Below, in pieces: positions 48,178 to 58,523 of a stretch of 64,000 nt of DNA (positions are counted from its first letter, which is position 1; each line of letters begins with the position of its first letter). The notes under the pieces were generated by a model, which saw nothing but the letters and a program-made list of their open reading frames with translations, was not told the DNA's origin and ran no database searches. The DNA is taken from NCBI GenBank assembly GCA_963662335.2, contig CAXXVD010000001.1, positions 678,669 to 742,668 of the forward strand. Reading direction: 5' to 3'. Position numbers and translations under genes: made by a program. Source of the DNA: Chloroflexota bacterium. GTDB lineage: Bacteria; Chloroflexota; UBA11872; VXOZ01.

Positions 48178-49290
48178 CTATTGCCGCGCTTGCAGAACCG
48201 CCCGCAGGCGGTCGGCGACGACGGCCGCTTCGCCCGGTTGCAGGGTCATGGGGCTGATGAGGATGCCGTGCTCATCGAGCCGCACGTCGATCGACGGTTC
48301 GCCGGCGCGCAGGGCGCGGGCAACGGCGGCGGCGCTCGCACCGTCATCGTCGGGGAAAGAAATCTGCGCGTGGGGCACGATGTCCCAACTGGCGCCGTCG
48401 TCTTTGCGCCGCACCGCGCCGGACACACCGTCAATGCCGTCCGCGGCCGCCGCTATCGTGCGCATCTGCGCTTCCCAATCCGCGAGTTCCGCGGCCTCGT
48501 CCTGCGCCAGGTAGAGTTCGACCGCCGTCAGCAGGCCCATGATTTCTTCCTTGCCCACTTTCATGCCGCGGCCGACCGCGCTCTGGGGACTGCCGTTCAG
48601 GCGCGCCGCTTCCACGAGCGCGGGCGTGCCGAGCACCAGGCCGGTGGCTTGCGGGCCGCGAATGCCCTTGCCGCCGCTGAAGATGACGAGGTCAGCCCCG
48701 AGACCCACGATTTCCGAAAGATTGGAGCGGGGCGGGAGTTGCGCGGCGGCGTCGACGATCACCGGCACGCCGCGTTCGTGCGCCCCGGCGATCACCTCGC
48801 TCAATTGCTGTTTGGATTGCTTGCCGAGGAAGTGCACCACCGCCGCCGTGCGCTCGGTGATCGCGCCAATCAGTTCCTCTGACGTCACGCCCGCGCTCGT
48901 GCCGGCGGCCACCAGCACGCCGCCAACGACCCGGAAGCCCTGGTGAACGTACGTGTGCTCGTCCACGTAGCTAATCACAAACTCATTCTTGCCGCTCGGC
49001 ACTTCCGGTATTGCGCGGATCAGGTCCGTGTCCGTGCCGGTCAAGCAGGCCGCGGCCGCCACCAGCATACCGCTGGCAGCCCCGCACGGGATGAACGCGG
49101 CCGGCACGCCAATCTTCTCCGCCAGCCACGCGCCCGCCTTCTCGTGCAGTTCGTCAAGGCCGATGAAACTGTTGGCAGCCTGCGCCATGGCCGCCACCAC
49201 CGGCTCCGGCATCAGGCTGCCGCCCAGCGTCGTCACCGTGCCGCTGGCGTTGATGAACGTGTCAACGTTTACGTCATCGTACTTAATCAT
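48178..49290 (-). CDS. SelA-like/DgaE-family PLP-dependent enzyme (probably not true SelA)
   Basis: INASGTVTTLGGS, VDAAAQLPP, FSGGKGIRGPQ, GRGMKVGKEE. Confidence 0.85.
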   Translation of the reverse strand: MIKYDDVNVDTFINASGTVTTLGGSLMPEPVVAAMAQAANSFIGLDELHEKAGAWLAEKIGVPAAFIPCGAASGMLVAAAACLTGTDTDLIRAIPEVPSGKNEFVISYVDEHTYVHQGFRVVGGVLVAAGTSAGVTSEELIGAITERTAAVVHFLGKQSKQQLSEVIAGAHERGVPVIVDAAAQLPPRSNLSEIVGLGADLVIFSGGKGIRGPQATGLVLGTPALVEAARLNGSPQSAVGRGMKVGKEEIMGLLTAVELYLAQDEAAELADWEAQMRTIAAAADGIDGVSGAVRRKDDGASWDIVPHAQISFPDDDGASAAAVARALRAGEPSIDVRLDEHGILISPMTLQPGEAAVVADRLRAVLQARQ

Positions 49291-49384
49291 GCGCCGCGCC
49301 TCCTTCTAAATTGGGCGGTTCTACACGTCGGAAACGGTTGGCCACACGCTATCCCATGCTTTGCACGCGCGCGTAAGCCAAGAA

Positions 49385-49683
49385 GCGGGGGACAAGCCCC
49401 CGCGCTACGTTAATGTGACAGCGCTGGGGACAAGCCCCGCGCTCCATCAATGCGACAGCACTGGGGACATGCCCCCGCCGGTGCGCAAGGTACGGATGGC
49501 GATCGCCGGAATTTTCCCTCCGGCAGACGACACCAACCTCTTGACCCTACCATGACGCAGGTTGCAAACCTGTGCTACCGGAGAATTTGTGCGCGAGTTT
49601 TGCCGCTGTTCCGTTTAATGCGACAGCATTGGGGGCAAGCGCTCGCCGTTACCCCTAGATTCCTCGCTGCGCTCGGAATGACA
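49385..49683. repeat. Mixed REP cluster (decaying GGGGACAAGCCCCCGC units, one GTAG REP, one half doublet)
   Basis: Read directly. Confidence 0.75.
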
Positions 49684-49718
49684 TGGAATCTCTACCCGGC
49701 CTTGCCGACTCCAGGGGC

Positions 49719-50597
49719 CTAGATGCGGTAGAGTTCCTCGGCGTTCCGCGCGAAGAGCGCTTCTTGTTCATCCCGGCTAAAGCCTGAGATGAGCTTCGTA
49801 TAGGCCTCTATCTGCCGGTCGTACGTGCTCCAGAGCCAGTCTACCGGCCAGTTGGTGCCAAAGATGCAGCGGTCTACGCCAAACGTCTCGATGGACGCCA
49901 GCACCCAGCGCCGGATGCTGTCCACCGTCCAGGTCTGGTCGCTCATGCCCAGGCCGGAGATCTTCCAGCGGATGTTGGCGCACGTGGCGGCGGTCTCCAT
50001 GCCGCCCCGCCACTGGGCGAAGTACTCGTCGGTGCGCGCCGCGGGCAACCCGGTGTGGTCGACGACGATAGCGACGTTGGGGAACGTGTTTGCCAGGTCA
50101 CACAGTTTCTCCATCTCCTGCCACGTCACGGCCACACTGGCCACCAGGTTGTACTTCTCCAGGAGCGCAAACCCCCGGCGAAAGTCCGGCGCAACCAAGT
50201 AGTCGCCGTAGGAGAAGTCGCGGATGCCGCGCATATTGGGCGATTGGCAGTGGCGCTCCAGCACCTTCTCCACGCCGGGATCCCGCAGGTCGGCGTGGGC
50301 AACGATGGCGTGGGGAAAGCCCGTGCGGTCGGCGGCCGCCTGCAGCCACTCGGTCTCGGTGACCGGGTCCGGGCTGCCGATGGCGGCCTGCACGTGCACG
50401 GCTTTGGTGACGTTGGCGGTGCGGGTCTCGGCGATGTAGTCTTCCGCCAGGTAGTTGCGTTCGGCAAGCCGCTGGATTTGCTCGCCCAGGGTCGGATGCG
50501 GCACGCCGGGCTGCCAGTGGCCGTAGACAAGCTCCGGATGCCCCATGTCATAGAAGTGGACGTGGGCATCGACGAACTCCAGCTTGTCCATACGCAA
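49719..50597 (-). CDS. Amidohydrolase-2 family (sugar lactonase-like)
   Basis: VDAHVH, DHTG, KISG, FGTNWPVD. Confidence 0.88.
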   Translation of the reverse strand: MRMDKLEFVDAHVHFYDMGHPELVYGHWQPGVPHPTLGEQIQRLAERNYLAEDYIAETRTANVTKAVHVQAAIGSPDPVTETEWLQAAADRTGFPHAIVAHADLRDPGVEKVLERHCQSPNMRGIRDFSYGDYLVAPDFRRGFALLEKYNLVASVAVTWQEMEKLCDLANTFPNVAIVVDHTGLPAARTDEYFAQWRGGMETAATCANIRWKISGLGMSDQTWTVDSIRRWVLASIETFGVDRCIFGTNWPVDWLWSTYDRQIEAYTKLISGFSRDEQEALFARNAEELYRI

Positions 50598-50633
50598 ATC
50601 TCCTACCGCGAAAACAGGCCGGCTGTCTAGCCG

Positions 50634-51695
50634 CTAGCGCAATGAATCTACCCGCACGGCCCGTCCCGACGCCGCCGAGCGGTAGCCGGCCTCCAGAAAC
50701 TCGACTACCCGCGCGCCCAATTCTCCGGGAGCGCGGTTCTCGCCCTCGCCCAGGATGACGTCCACCAGTCCGCGCGCCGGCAGGTGCGCCGGATAGATTT
50801 CTTCTTCGGATAGTTCAGTGAATGCATCGGCGCTGCCATCGTTGTACTGCGCCTCCAGGCGGCCGCCGCCCATGTCCTGGCGCAGGACGCCCTCGGCGCC
50901 GGTGTACACGAACCCCTGATCGAGCCGTTGGTGCGGGCGCATCGCGCCGGTGGAGGCCATCGTGCCCATTGCGCCGTTGTCCAGCCGGAAGCTAAAAGCG
51001 TTGACCAGGTCCACCGCCAGATCGTAGTTGTCCATGTACGCAAAGACCTCCACGGCTCGCCGGCCGGTCACCCAGAGCGCCATGCCCATGGGATGGGTCA
51101 CCTGCACGTGGCCCTGGCCGCCGCCGGCGACTTTCGGGTCTGAGTAGGTGTCCGGCGCGGGGCCGGTTACCGGAAAGCCAAACGCCGCGGCGTAGTCCTG
51201 GGGCCTGCCGCGCAGGTAGGACTCGACCCAGGAGGTGAAGATACCGGAGACCATCTGTAACTCGCCTAGCTTGCCCGCCTGGACGATATCCCGCGCCGCC
51301 TGGGCGTGGCGGGTGAACTGCCAGGTATAGCCGACCATGAGGTGCAGGCCGTTGCGCTCGGCCCGCGCCACCAGGTCCCAGGCGTCGGCGGCGGTGAGGG
51401 TCATGGGCTTTTCCACCAGCACGTGGACGCCGGCGTCCAGCGCGTCGCGGGCAGCCGCGTAGTGATACGCGTGCTGCACGGCGATGACCACGCCGTCCAC
51501 CCCGGCCGCCAGCAGGTCATGGTGGCTGTCGTAGGTGTTGGGAATGTCGTAATAATCGGCGGCGGCCCTGGCCTTCTCCGGCTTCACGTCGGCGACGCCT
51601 ACGAGTTCCGCCTTCTCATACGTCTTCAGGCTGGGGATGTGGTGCTGCGTCGCCCACCAGCCGGCGCCGATCACGCCCATTCTCGCCTTTGCCAT
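50634..51695 (-). CDS. Gfo/Idh/MocA-family oxidoreductase
   Basis: GVIGAGWW, HVLVEKPM. Confidence 0.9.
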   Translation of the reverse strand: MAKARMGVIGAGWWATQHHIPSLKTYEKAELVGVADVKPEKARAAADYYDIPNTYDSHHDLLAAGVDGVVIAVQHAYHYAAARDALDAGVHVLVEKPMTLTAADAWDLVARAERNGLHLMVGYTWQFTRHAQAARDIVQAGKLGELQMVSGIFTSWVESYLRGRPQDYAAAFGFPVTGPAPDTYSDPKVAGGGQGHVQVTHPMGMALWVTGRRAVEVFAYMDNYDLAVDLVNAFSFRLDNGAMGTMASTGAMRPHQRLDQGFVYTGAEGVLRQDMGGGRLEAQYNDGSADAFTELSEEEIYPAHLPARGLVDVILGEGENRAPGELGARVVEFLEAGYRSAASGRAVRVDSLR

Positions 51696-52073
51696 GGCCT
51701 TGCCTCAATCTGTGCAAGTGCAGATGAAGCCGGCGCCGCTCGGGAACGTCCGACGCCACGCCGCGCCCGGGACGGCCATGCAGGTATCTTACCACGTGAG
51801 GCATGGGGCTAATCATGAACGGTAGCGCAGGTTTGCAACCTGCGGCGCTGCGGCCGTCACGGGCGCAAGGCCGCTGTCCCGGCGCGAGCGCACAGGATAA
51901 AGTGCCCCGCGCACCCGGCTTAGGCGGGGGACAAGCCCCCGCGCTACGGCAGGCCGGACATGGCCGGAGGCGCGCGACCGCGCAATCGCCGGCGCGCGGA
52001 AGCGACCTGCTATACTTGGCCTGAACGCGCGCCGGCAGAGCGCCGGCCTTGGCAACCGAAGTCGGACGCGCAC

Positions 52074-52904
52074 ATGAACACTTTCCTGAGCAAATTCAAC
52101 CCGCTGGGGCGCATCCTCTTTGCCGACGACTTCGACGCCGGCATGTGCGGCTGGAGCGAGTTGATTGGCAATTACGAAGGCAGTTTGGACACGATCTTAC
52201 CGCCCTTCCGCGACCTGCGCCCGCCCATGCTCAGCAGCGCCACCATGTGGGACACGGGCACGGCGGGCTCGCTGGGCGGCACGTATTCGCTTAAGCTGGC
52301 AACCCGCGCCCGGCCCGGGCATCTGGCGGCGGCGATCAAGCGCGCCACCTGGCGCAAACGCGGGCGCATCCAGGTGGAGTGCTTCTTTGCGCTCAAGCCG
52401 GAACCGAGCGCGCTCACCCTGGGCGACCATGACGTCGGCGGCTTTGGCGTCTTCTTCGACCTGCAGGACGAGGAGCAGCGCGCCATGCCCCACCTGCGCT
52501 ACTGCAACGTTTCGGAGGGCGCACCGCGCTACCGGTGGCAGTACCGGGAAGATCTGCCGTCGCGCCACATCGTGGGCGCCAGCGGTGATATCAAGTCCTT
52601 CTTCCACCTGGATCCGGCCGGCTGGAAGGACATTCCCGGCGCAGAACAGCGCCTCTGCTACAACGAACTGCCCACCAAGTTGAACTGGCACTATTTGCGG
52701 TTTGCGTGCGACCTGCGTGCCATGAACTACGCCGAACTCCAGTGCAACGACCACACCTTCGACCTGACCGGTTTGGCGCCCATCCGCGCGCCCACCGACG
52801 CCGACCTGTGGTGCATGTTGAATACGGCCTTCTTCGTGGAAACCGCCACCGACCGGCGGGCGTTCTTGTATCTGGATTCGGTGGTGGTCTCCCTGGAGGA
52901 GTAA
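52074..52904 (+). CDS. Conserved hypothetical protein (DUF6772-like)
   Basis: FNPL.RI...DDFD.G..GW..L..NY; CYNE.PTK.NWHY. Confidence 0.65.
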   Translation: MNTFLSKFNPLGRILFADDFDAGMCGWSELIGNYEGSLDTILPPFRDLRPPMLSSATMWDTGTAGSLGGTYSLKLATRARPGHLAAAIKRATWRKRGRIQVECFFALKPEPSALTLGDHDVGGFGVFFDLQDEEQRAMPHLRYCNVSEGAPRYRWQYREDLPSRHIVGASGDIKSFFHLDPAGWKDIPGAEQRLCYNELPTKLNWHYLRFACDLRAMNYAELQCNDHTFDLTGLAPIRAPTDADLWCMLNTAFFVETATDRRAFLYLDSVVVSLEE

Positions 52905-52994
52905 GGGTCCCTACCAAAGCCGGAACCACGCTCTCGGGGACTTGGTAGGAACCGCCGCAGTTGGAAGGAACGGCCGCAAAGGGGTAAATAGGAA

Positions 52995-53327
52995 ATGCCG
53001 CGACAGGTTTACACCGCCGTTGTGGAGCGCAACGTCACCTGGGCAGGCGCGTTTGCCACTGAGCCGTACGAGGCCGGCTGGGCCGGCGAGGCGCTCATCT
53101 TCATCCGCGTCCTCAGCGGCGGCGTCTCGCAGCAGAGCGCGGCCGTGCAGGTCTCGCCGGACGGCATCCGCTGGCTCGACGAAGGCACGCGCATACCGCT
53201 GCCGGCGCAACGGGACGGCCTCACTATGGCGCGCGTGACCCACTTCGGCAACTGGCTGCGGCTCGCGGGCAAACTCCCGCCGGGTCAATTCTGCACTGTA
53301 ATGGTCTACTTCGTGCTCAAAGATTGA
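52995..53327 (+). CDS. Conserved hypothetical protein (DUF6385-like)
   Basis: TEPYEAGWA.EA, VQVSPDG..W.DEG, FGNWLRL. Confidence 0.65.
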   Translation: MPRQVYTAVVERNVTWAGAFATEPYEAGWAGEALIFIRVLSGGVSQQSAAVQVSPDGIRWLDEGTRIPLPAQRDGLTMARVTHFGNWLRLAGKLPPGQFCTVMVYFVLKD

Positions 53328-53366
53328 GATTGGCGCGCGTGGGGACCAGCCAAGCGCGGCTTTTCA

Positions 53367-54713
53367 CTATGTGCCGTCGTACTCTTCAGTATTCGCCAAA
53401 CTGCGCAGTTGCGTCAGGTACTCGTCTTTCGTCAGCGGCGGCTTGGTCTCTTCCATCACGCGCTGGGCGGTATCCGCGCCGTTGGCCAGCAGGTCGATTG
53501 CCGTCTGGGCCATGAGCTTGGCCGGATTGAGGATGGCGTGGGTGGCGTCGCTGAGCAGGAAGTCGTTGCCGTGCCCCGTGCCGGTCGCGCCGCCGGCGGC
53601 CGGGTGGATTCCGCGCACCACGTGCATCACGTCGCCCATGTCGGTGGAGCCGGTGCCGTGCGGGCGAGAGGCGACGTGCTCCTCTCCCACCAGCGCCACG
53701 GCGTTCTGCCGGTAGAGATCGGCCAGCGGCGGGTGGTGAATCATGGGGAAGTAGCCGGGAAACGTCTCGATGTGCACCGTCGCGCCGGTTGCCAGCGCCC
53801 CGGCCTTCAGCGCGCGTTGCACCTTCTCGTTTGCCTCCAGCATGGCCTCCATGGTCTTGCCGCGCACCTTGCCTTCCATCTGGACAAGCGCCGGAATCAC
53901 GTTATTGACCTCGCCGCCGCGCTTGATGATGAAGTGGGCGCGCACCGTGTCCTCGTCTTTGAAAGTCTCCCGCTGGTACTGGATCGCCGTGAAAGCCAGC
54001 GTCGCCGCGTTCAGCGCATTGATACCCTTATGCGGCGCGCCGGCCGCGTGGGCGGCCCGCCCGTGATAGGTGACGTGCTTGGCCACCGTGCCGTTGCTGG
54101 TGCCGGTCATGCAGACGATGCCGTCCTCGGCGTTGCTGGTGGTGTGCACCATCATGGCAAAGTCCACGTCGTCGAACGCGCCCAGGCGAATGAACTCCGG
54201 CTTGCCGCCGAGAAACTCGATCGTGCCCTGGTCGCGCAGGGACTGACGGAAGCCGACCTCGACGTACTCCTCGGCCGGCACGGCAATGAAGACGAGTTTG
54301 CCGCAGAGGCCGTCGAGCGCGCCGGACCGGCTGAGGCCCATGGCCGCGCCCAGCATGGAGGCGATTTGATTGTTGTGGCCGCAGGCGTGGGCGGCGCCGG
54401 TGTCGGGATTGGCGTGGGGGTGGTCCGGCACCGGCAGCGCGTCCAACTCGCCCATGAGCGCCACGCTCGGCCCCGGCCGGCCGGTGTCGAGCACCGCTTT
54501 CACGCCCGTGACGGCAATGCTCGTTTCGTGAGGAATGTCAAGCTGTGTGAACCACTCGTCCACCACGCCGGCGGTCTCGAACTCCTTGTAGCCGGTCTCC
54601 GGATGCCCCAAGATGCGCTCGGCAATGCCCGTAATCGCACCGGACTGCGCGTCGATGGTCTCGCTGACCGTCTGCTTGAGTTGCGCCGGGGACGCGCCAT
54701 TGGTTGCTGCCAT
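53367..54713 (-). CDS. M20-family amidohydrolase
   Basis: ELDAL, HACGH, PAEE, GRAAHA, GSTDMG. Confidence 0.9.
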   Translation of the reverse strand: MAATNGASPAQLKQTVSETIDAQSGAITGIAERILGHPETGYKEFETAGVVDEWFTQLDIPHETSIAVTGVKAVLDTGRPGPSVALMGELDALPVPDHPHANPDTGAAHACGHNNQIASMLGAAMGLSRSGALDGLCGKLVFIAVPAEEYVEVGFRQSLRDQGTIEFLGGKPEFIRLGAFDDVDFAMMVHTTSNAEDGIVCMTGTSNGTVAKHVTYHGRAAHAAGAPHKGINALNAATLAFTAIQYQRETFKDEDTVRAHFIIKRGGEVNNVIPALVQMEGKVRGKTMEAMLEANEKVQRALKAGALATGATVHIETFPGYFPMIHHPPLADLYRQNAVALVGEEHVASRPHGTGSTDMGDVMHVVRGIHPAAGGATGTGHGNDFLLSDATHAILNPAKLMAQTAIDLLANGADTAQRVMEETKPPLTKDEYLTQLRSLANTEEYDGT

Positions 54714-54893
54714 TGTGTTTCTCCTTAGAGCCGTCGCGCTCTGCGCCAGATTACGTGCGCACGCGACCTGACGTACCGGGAGCGCGCCCGCCGTTTCCTA
54801 CCATACCACCTTTACGCGCGTGGATGCCCGCAGTATGCGCCAGTTCTCAGGATGTGTGCTACCATTGCGGTGTAACGTTGCGGAGGGTAAAGC

Positions 54894-55301
54894 ATGGCAA
54901 CCGATCTCGAGCGGGAAGCAGTCGAGAAACTCAGCGAGGCGGTGGACGCCTTGTCCCTCAACGTGGCGCGCCTCTCGGAAAGGCTGGACGCCCAGCGCGA
55001 AACCTTGACGGAAGCCATGCGGGCGTCCCAAGAGGAGACCCGGCGCATGATGGCGGAACAGAACGCCGCCCAGGCGCAGGAGTTTCACGCCGCGATTGAG
55101 CGCCTTGACGATCGTACTAACTGGCGAATGAACCGCGTTCGAGTGCCTCCTTGTAACGTCGAGCAACGGACCGACCGCTTCATTGTGGACATGGATCGCA
55201 AATTCGCCAGCCTATCTACCAAGTTGAATTGGCTGCTGGCAGTCGAGATCGCGGTACTCACCGTCGTTGCCGCCGTTCACGTGCTCTTGTTCTTTGACTA
55301 G
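54894..55301 (+). CDS. Coiled-coil protein with a C-terminal TM anchor
   Basis: Heptad-rich body, hydrophobic tail; GGAGG RBS. Confidence 0.65.
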   Translation: MATDLEREAVEKLSEAVDALSLNVARLSERLDAQRETLTEAMRASQEETRRMMAEQNAAQAQEFHAAIERLDDRTNWRMNRVRVPPCNVEQRTDRFIVDMDRKFASLSTKLNWLLAVEIAVLTVVAAVHVLLFFD

Positions 55302-55354
55302 TCGCGCTCCGAAATCCGCTACAGGCGCGGCCTCCTTGCATACCCCGGCGACCT

Positions 55355-56632
55355 CTACTGCACCGGTTTCAACTCCTCAACACGAGGAATCGTCGAAGAC
55401 GCCCGCGGCATAATGCCGATGCGTGGGCGGCCCCGCGCGCCGCGCAGCGCGTCCGCCAGGGCGTCCTCCACCGTGGGCGCGGGTATCAGGTGCAGTTTGC
55501 GCGCCTGTTCTGGCGCAACGCCGCGCGCCACCAGGTAGCACCGCGCCTTGAGCAAACTGCGGGCGAAGAGAAACGCCTTGTGCGCCCCCATGCGGAAGCC
55601 CTCGCGCTCGAAACGCGCCACCACGTCCTGCGGCGTCCGGGCGGCGGCCATCCACTCCTCGTAGAGAGCGTCGCCGGCGCCTTCCCGGCACTCCGCCGCC
55701 AGAATCACGCTGCCGCCGGGCCGCGCCACCGCGCAGGCGTGCGCCAGCGCCTTCTGCGCCTGGTAGAGATTGATGTCCTTGGGATAGCCGCCGGGGGACG
55801 CAATCACCACGTCCAGCGGCTGCGGCACGGCGGTCTCGCACACGTCCCGCACCAGCGAAATCGCCGCCGCCAGCACCCTATGAGGATCGCCCGCGAAAAC
55901 GCGCACCACCTCGTTCGCCGTGTTCAGGACGACGTTGAGCGCCAGGTCTATCGTGAGAAAATCGGTGAGTTCGTCGATGTCGGCGCGCACCGGATTGCCG
56001 TCGTACGCGCCCAGTCTTGCCCCCGGCGCGCTGAGCATGGAGTGGTTGGCGGTGATCGTCTCGCCGCCGCCCAGGCCGATGAACGCGCCCTTGCAGCCGC
56101 CGGTGTAGCCGACGAACTGGTGCGGGTCGATCATGCCGGCGACGACCCGCGTATCCGCTTCGGCGAACGTCCGGTTGATGACTACCGGCGTGCCCCGGCT
56201 CGTCTCACCCAGGCGCACAAGCTGCGCGGGATCGTCGTAGACGTGGGAGAAGACCCGGCAACGCCGCGCAATCTCGGCCCCCACCAGGCGCGGGAACTCC
56301 TCACGGGCCGCCGGGCGGTGATTGCCGACGCCGACAATGATGCTAATCTCGTCGTCCTGGACTCCCCGCGCGTGGAGCCGCGCCAGCAACGGCGGCAGAA
56401 TGACCGCGTTGGGAACCGGCCGCGTGGCGTCGCTGATGGCAATGGCCGTCTTGCCGGGGTTGCGCAGAGCCCCTTGCGCCAATGCCGCGTCCAGCGCCCG
56501 CGCCACTGCCGCCGCCGGGTCGGTCAAGCCGGGAACCGCCCGCGGCTCGATCAGCGTCACGTCCGCCGCGTCCGGCACGCCAAACGCAAGGCTGCCCGCG
56601 CCATACTTCACCGAATAGTTACCTGAAGCCAC
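55355..56632 (-). CDS. Nickel-pincer-dependent lactate racemase (LarA) family; start approximate
   Basis: SDATRP, GNHR, PHQFVGYTGG.K, GGYPKD.NLYQAQK. Confidence 0.85.
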   Translation of the reverse strand: MASGNYSVKYGAGSLAFGVPDAADVTLIEPRAVPGLTDPAAAVARALDAALAQGALRNPGKTAIAISDATRPVPNAVILPPLLARLHARGVQDDEISIIVGVGNHRPAAREEFPRLVGAEIARRCRVFSHVYDDPAQLVRLGETSRGTPVVINRTFAEADTRVVAGMIDPHQFVGYTGGCKGAFIGLGGGETITANHSMLSAPGARLGAYDGNPVRADIDELTDFLTIDLALNVVLNTANEVVRVFAGDPHRVLAAAISLVRDVCETAVPQPLDVVIASPGGYPKDINLYQAQKALAHACAVARPGGSVILAAECREGAGDALYEEWMAAARTPQDVVARFEREGFRMGAHKAFLFARSLLKARCYLVARGVAPEQARKLHLIPAPTVEDALADALRGARGRPRIGIMPRASSTIPRVEELKPVQ

Positions 56633-56717
56633 GATGCGCGCAACCTCCCTGGCGCAGATGTTTCCGCTGTATCGTGCTACATTCGCCCCGCGCGCGCAAA
56701 CCCCGGCAGACGCGGCG

Positions 56718-58523
56718 CTAGCGGTACGCCGCCGCTTGCAGCCGGTACAAGGCGGCGTATTCGCCATTGGCGGCGAGCAGCGCGTCGTGCGACCCCTGCT
56801 CGACCAAGCGACCTTCCCGCAGCACCAGTATCCGATCCGCAATCTGGCACGACGCCAACCGGTGCGAGATGAGCACCGCGGTACGCTCCTGCGCCAGGTC
56901 GGCAAAGTGCGCGTAGACCGCCGCTTCCGCCTTGGCGTCCAGGGCCGCGGCCGATTCGTCCAGGATGAGAATTTCGGCGGGCCGGAAGTAGGCGCGGGCG
57001 ATGGCCAGCTTTTGCCACTGGCCCACGGAAAGCTCCGCGCCGGCGTGATACTCCTTGCCGAGCGGCGTGTCGAGACCGTCCGGCAAAGCTGCCGCCACCG
57101 CGTGCGCGCCGCTGCGGGTGAGGACGGCTTGCAGGTAGTCTTCATCGCCGGCGCTAGCCGGCCAGCCGCAGGTAACGTTCTCGCGCACCGTCATCTGGTA
57201 GCGCAGGTAGGACTGAAAGACCGCCCCGAATTTTCTGTGCCAGTCGCTGAGGGCAATCTCGCGCAGGTCTACGTCATCCACCACAATGCGGCCCGCCGTG
57301 GGACGGTAGAGGCCCATCAGGAGCTTGACCAGCGTGGTCTTGCCCGCGCCGTTCTCGCCTACCAGCGCAATGCGTTCGCCGGGACGGAGCGTCAGATTGA
57401 GGTCGGAGAGCGCCGGCCATTCCGCGCCCGGATAGGTGAAAGAGACATTCTCGAATACTATCGGCTTTGCCAGCGGCCGCTCCAGCCGCCGGCCGGCCTG
57501 GAGGTCTAAGCGCGGGTTCGCCGTCAGCGCGAAGTAGTCCTCCAAATACCGGAGCAGATTGTAGAGCATAGAGCCGCACCAGACCAGCGAATTGAACGTG
57601 AACTGAAAACTCTCGATCGCGGCGAAGAGCGCCGCCGCCGCGCCGATGCTGATGTGGCCGTTGACGAGCAGAACCACGCTCAGGCCGAGCGCCGCCACGT
57701 GCGCCAGGCCGTTCATGCCGTCCGCGACCACCGTGTGCCGCGCCTCGCGCGCCGTCAGGTGGAGTTTCTCTCGATGGAGGCGGCCGCGAAGTCTGCCGGC
57801 TTGCTCCAGCAGCCACTGACCCAGGCTGAACAACCGCACCTCAGCGGCAGACTCGCGGCTCGTCAGCAGGTCGGTATACACCCCAAACCGGCGCTCCTCC
57901 GGGGCCTGCGCGCGCTCCATAGCATATCGTTGACGATTGATGCGTTCCCGCAAGATCATACCGGGCGCGGTGCCGACGGCCAGCAGCAGCGGCAGTCCCC
58001 AGTGAAACTGCCCCAGGTAGATAAGGAGCGACGCCAACGTCACAAAGGCAGACAGGCCCAACGAGAGGAAGTAGGTGGTGGACCCCAGCCGCCCCACGGT
58101 TCTGCGCCGCACCAGGTGCAAGAGGTCGTAGTGCGCGTCGCGCTCGAACCATTCCAGCGGCATGGTTTGCGCCTGCTCCAGGCAGCGCTCCTCCAGGTAT
58201 TCGCCCAAGACCTCCTGGTGGCGGCGGTCGACGATCTCCCTGACGTGATTGACGGCGGCGTGCACGATCGCGAGCAGTGCAAGCGCGAGACCCCACGCGA
58301 GTCCGTCCGCCGCCGGCGCGCTGCCCGCCACCACCTGCTCGGCGGTTTCGATGAGCCGGCGCAAGACGTGCACCTCGGCCAGGGGAAACAGGCCAATACC
58401 AACGCTCAATACGAGGTGAAGGATTGTTCCGCCGGCATCGGCGGCCAGCAGCAGGCGCATGGTGCGCGGCGCATACCTGAGGCGCCGCCAAGAGTGGACG
58501 GATTGTTCCGGTACGGTACTCAT
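56718..58523 (-). CDS. ABC exporter, fused permease/ATPase
   Basis: GENGAGKTT, LSVGQWQK, LDE; ATGA overlap with the upstream partner. Confidence 0.92.
   Translation of the reverse strand: MSTVPEQSVHSWRRLRYAPRTMRLLLAADAGGTILHLVLSVGIGLFPLAEVHVLRRLIETAEQVVAGSAPAADGLAWGLALALLAIVHAAVNHVREIVDRRHQEVLGEYLEERCLEQAQTMPLEWFERDAHYDLLHLVRRRTVGRLGSTTYFLSLGLSAFVTLASLLIYLGQFHWGLPLLLAVGTAPGMILRERINRQRYAMERAQAPEERRFGVYTDLLTSRESAAEVRLFSLGQWLLEQAGRLRGRLHREKLHLTAREARHTVVADGMNGLAHVAALGLSVVLLVNGHISIGAAAALFAAIESFQFTFNSLVWCGSMLYNLLRYLEDYFALTANPRLDLQAGRRLERPLAKPIVFENVSFTYPGAEWPALSDLNLTLRPGERIALVGENGAGKTTLVKLLMGLYRPTAGRIVVDDVDLREIALSDWHRKFGAVFQSYLRYQMTVRENVTCGWPASAGDEDYLQAVLTRSGAHAVAAALPDGLDTPLGKEYHAGAELSVGQWQKLAIARAYFRPAEILILDESAAALDAKAEAAVYAHFADLAQERTAVLISHRLASCQIADRILVLREGRLVEQGSHDALLAANGEYAALYRLQAAAYR

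Noticed and set aside
48178-49290. Calling this gene selA because it lies 2 kb from the putative selenoproteins
   Set aside because: It lacks the SelA N-terminal tRNA-binding domain and the NATGVVLHTNLGRA and SGDKLLGGPQ motifs; its motifs fit the DgaE/SelA-like family, so proximity is probably coincidental
56633-57145. N-terminal extension of LarA (596-aa ORF)
   Set aside because: Out-of-frame overlap with the ABC transporter 3' end; LarA homology starts near 56630
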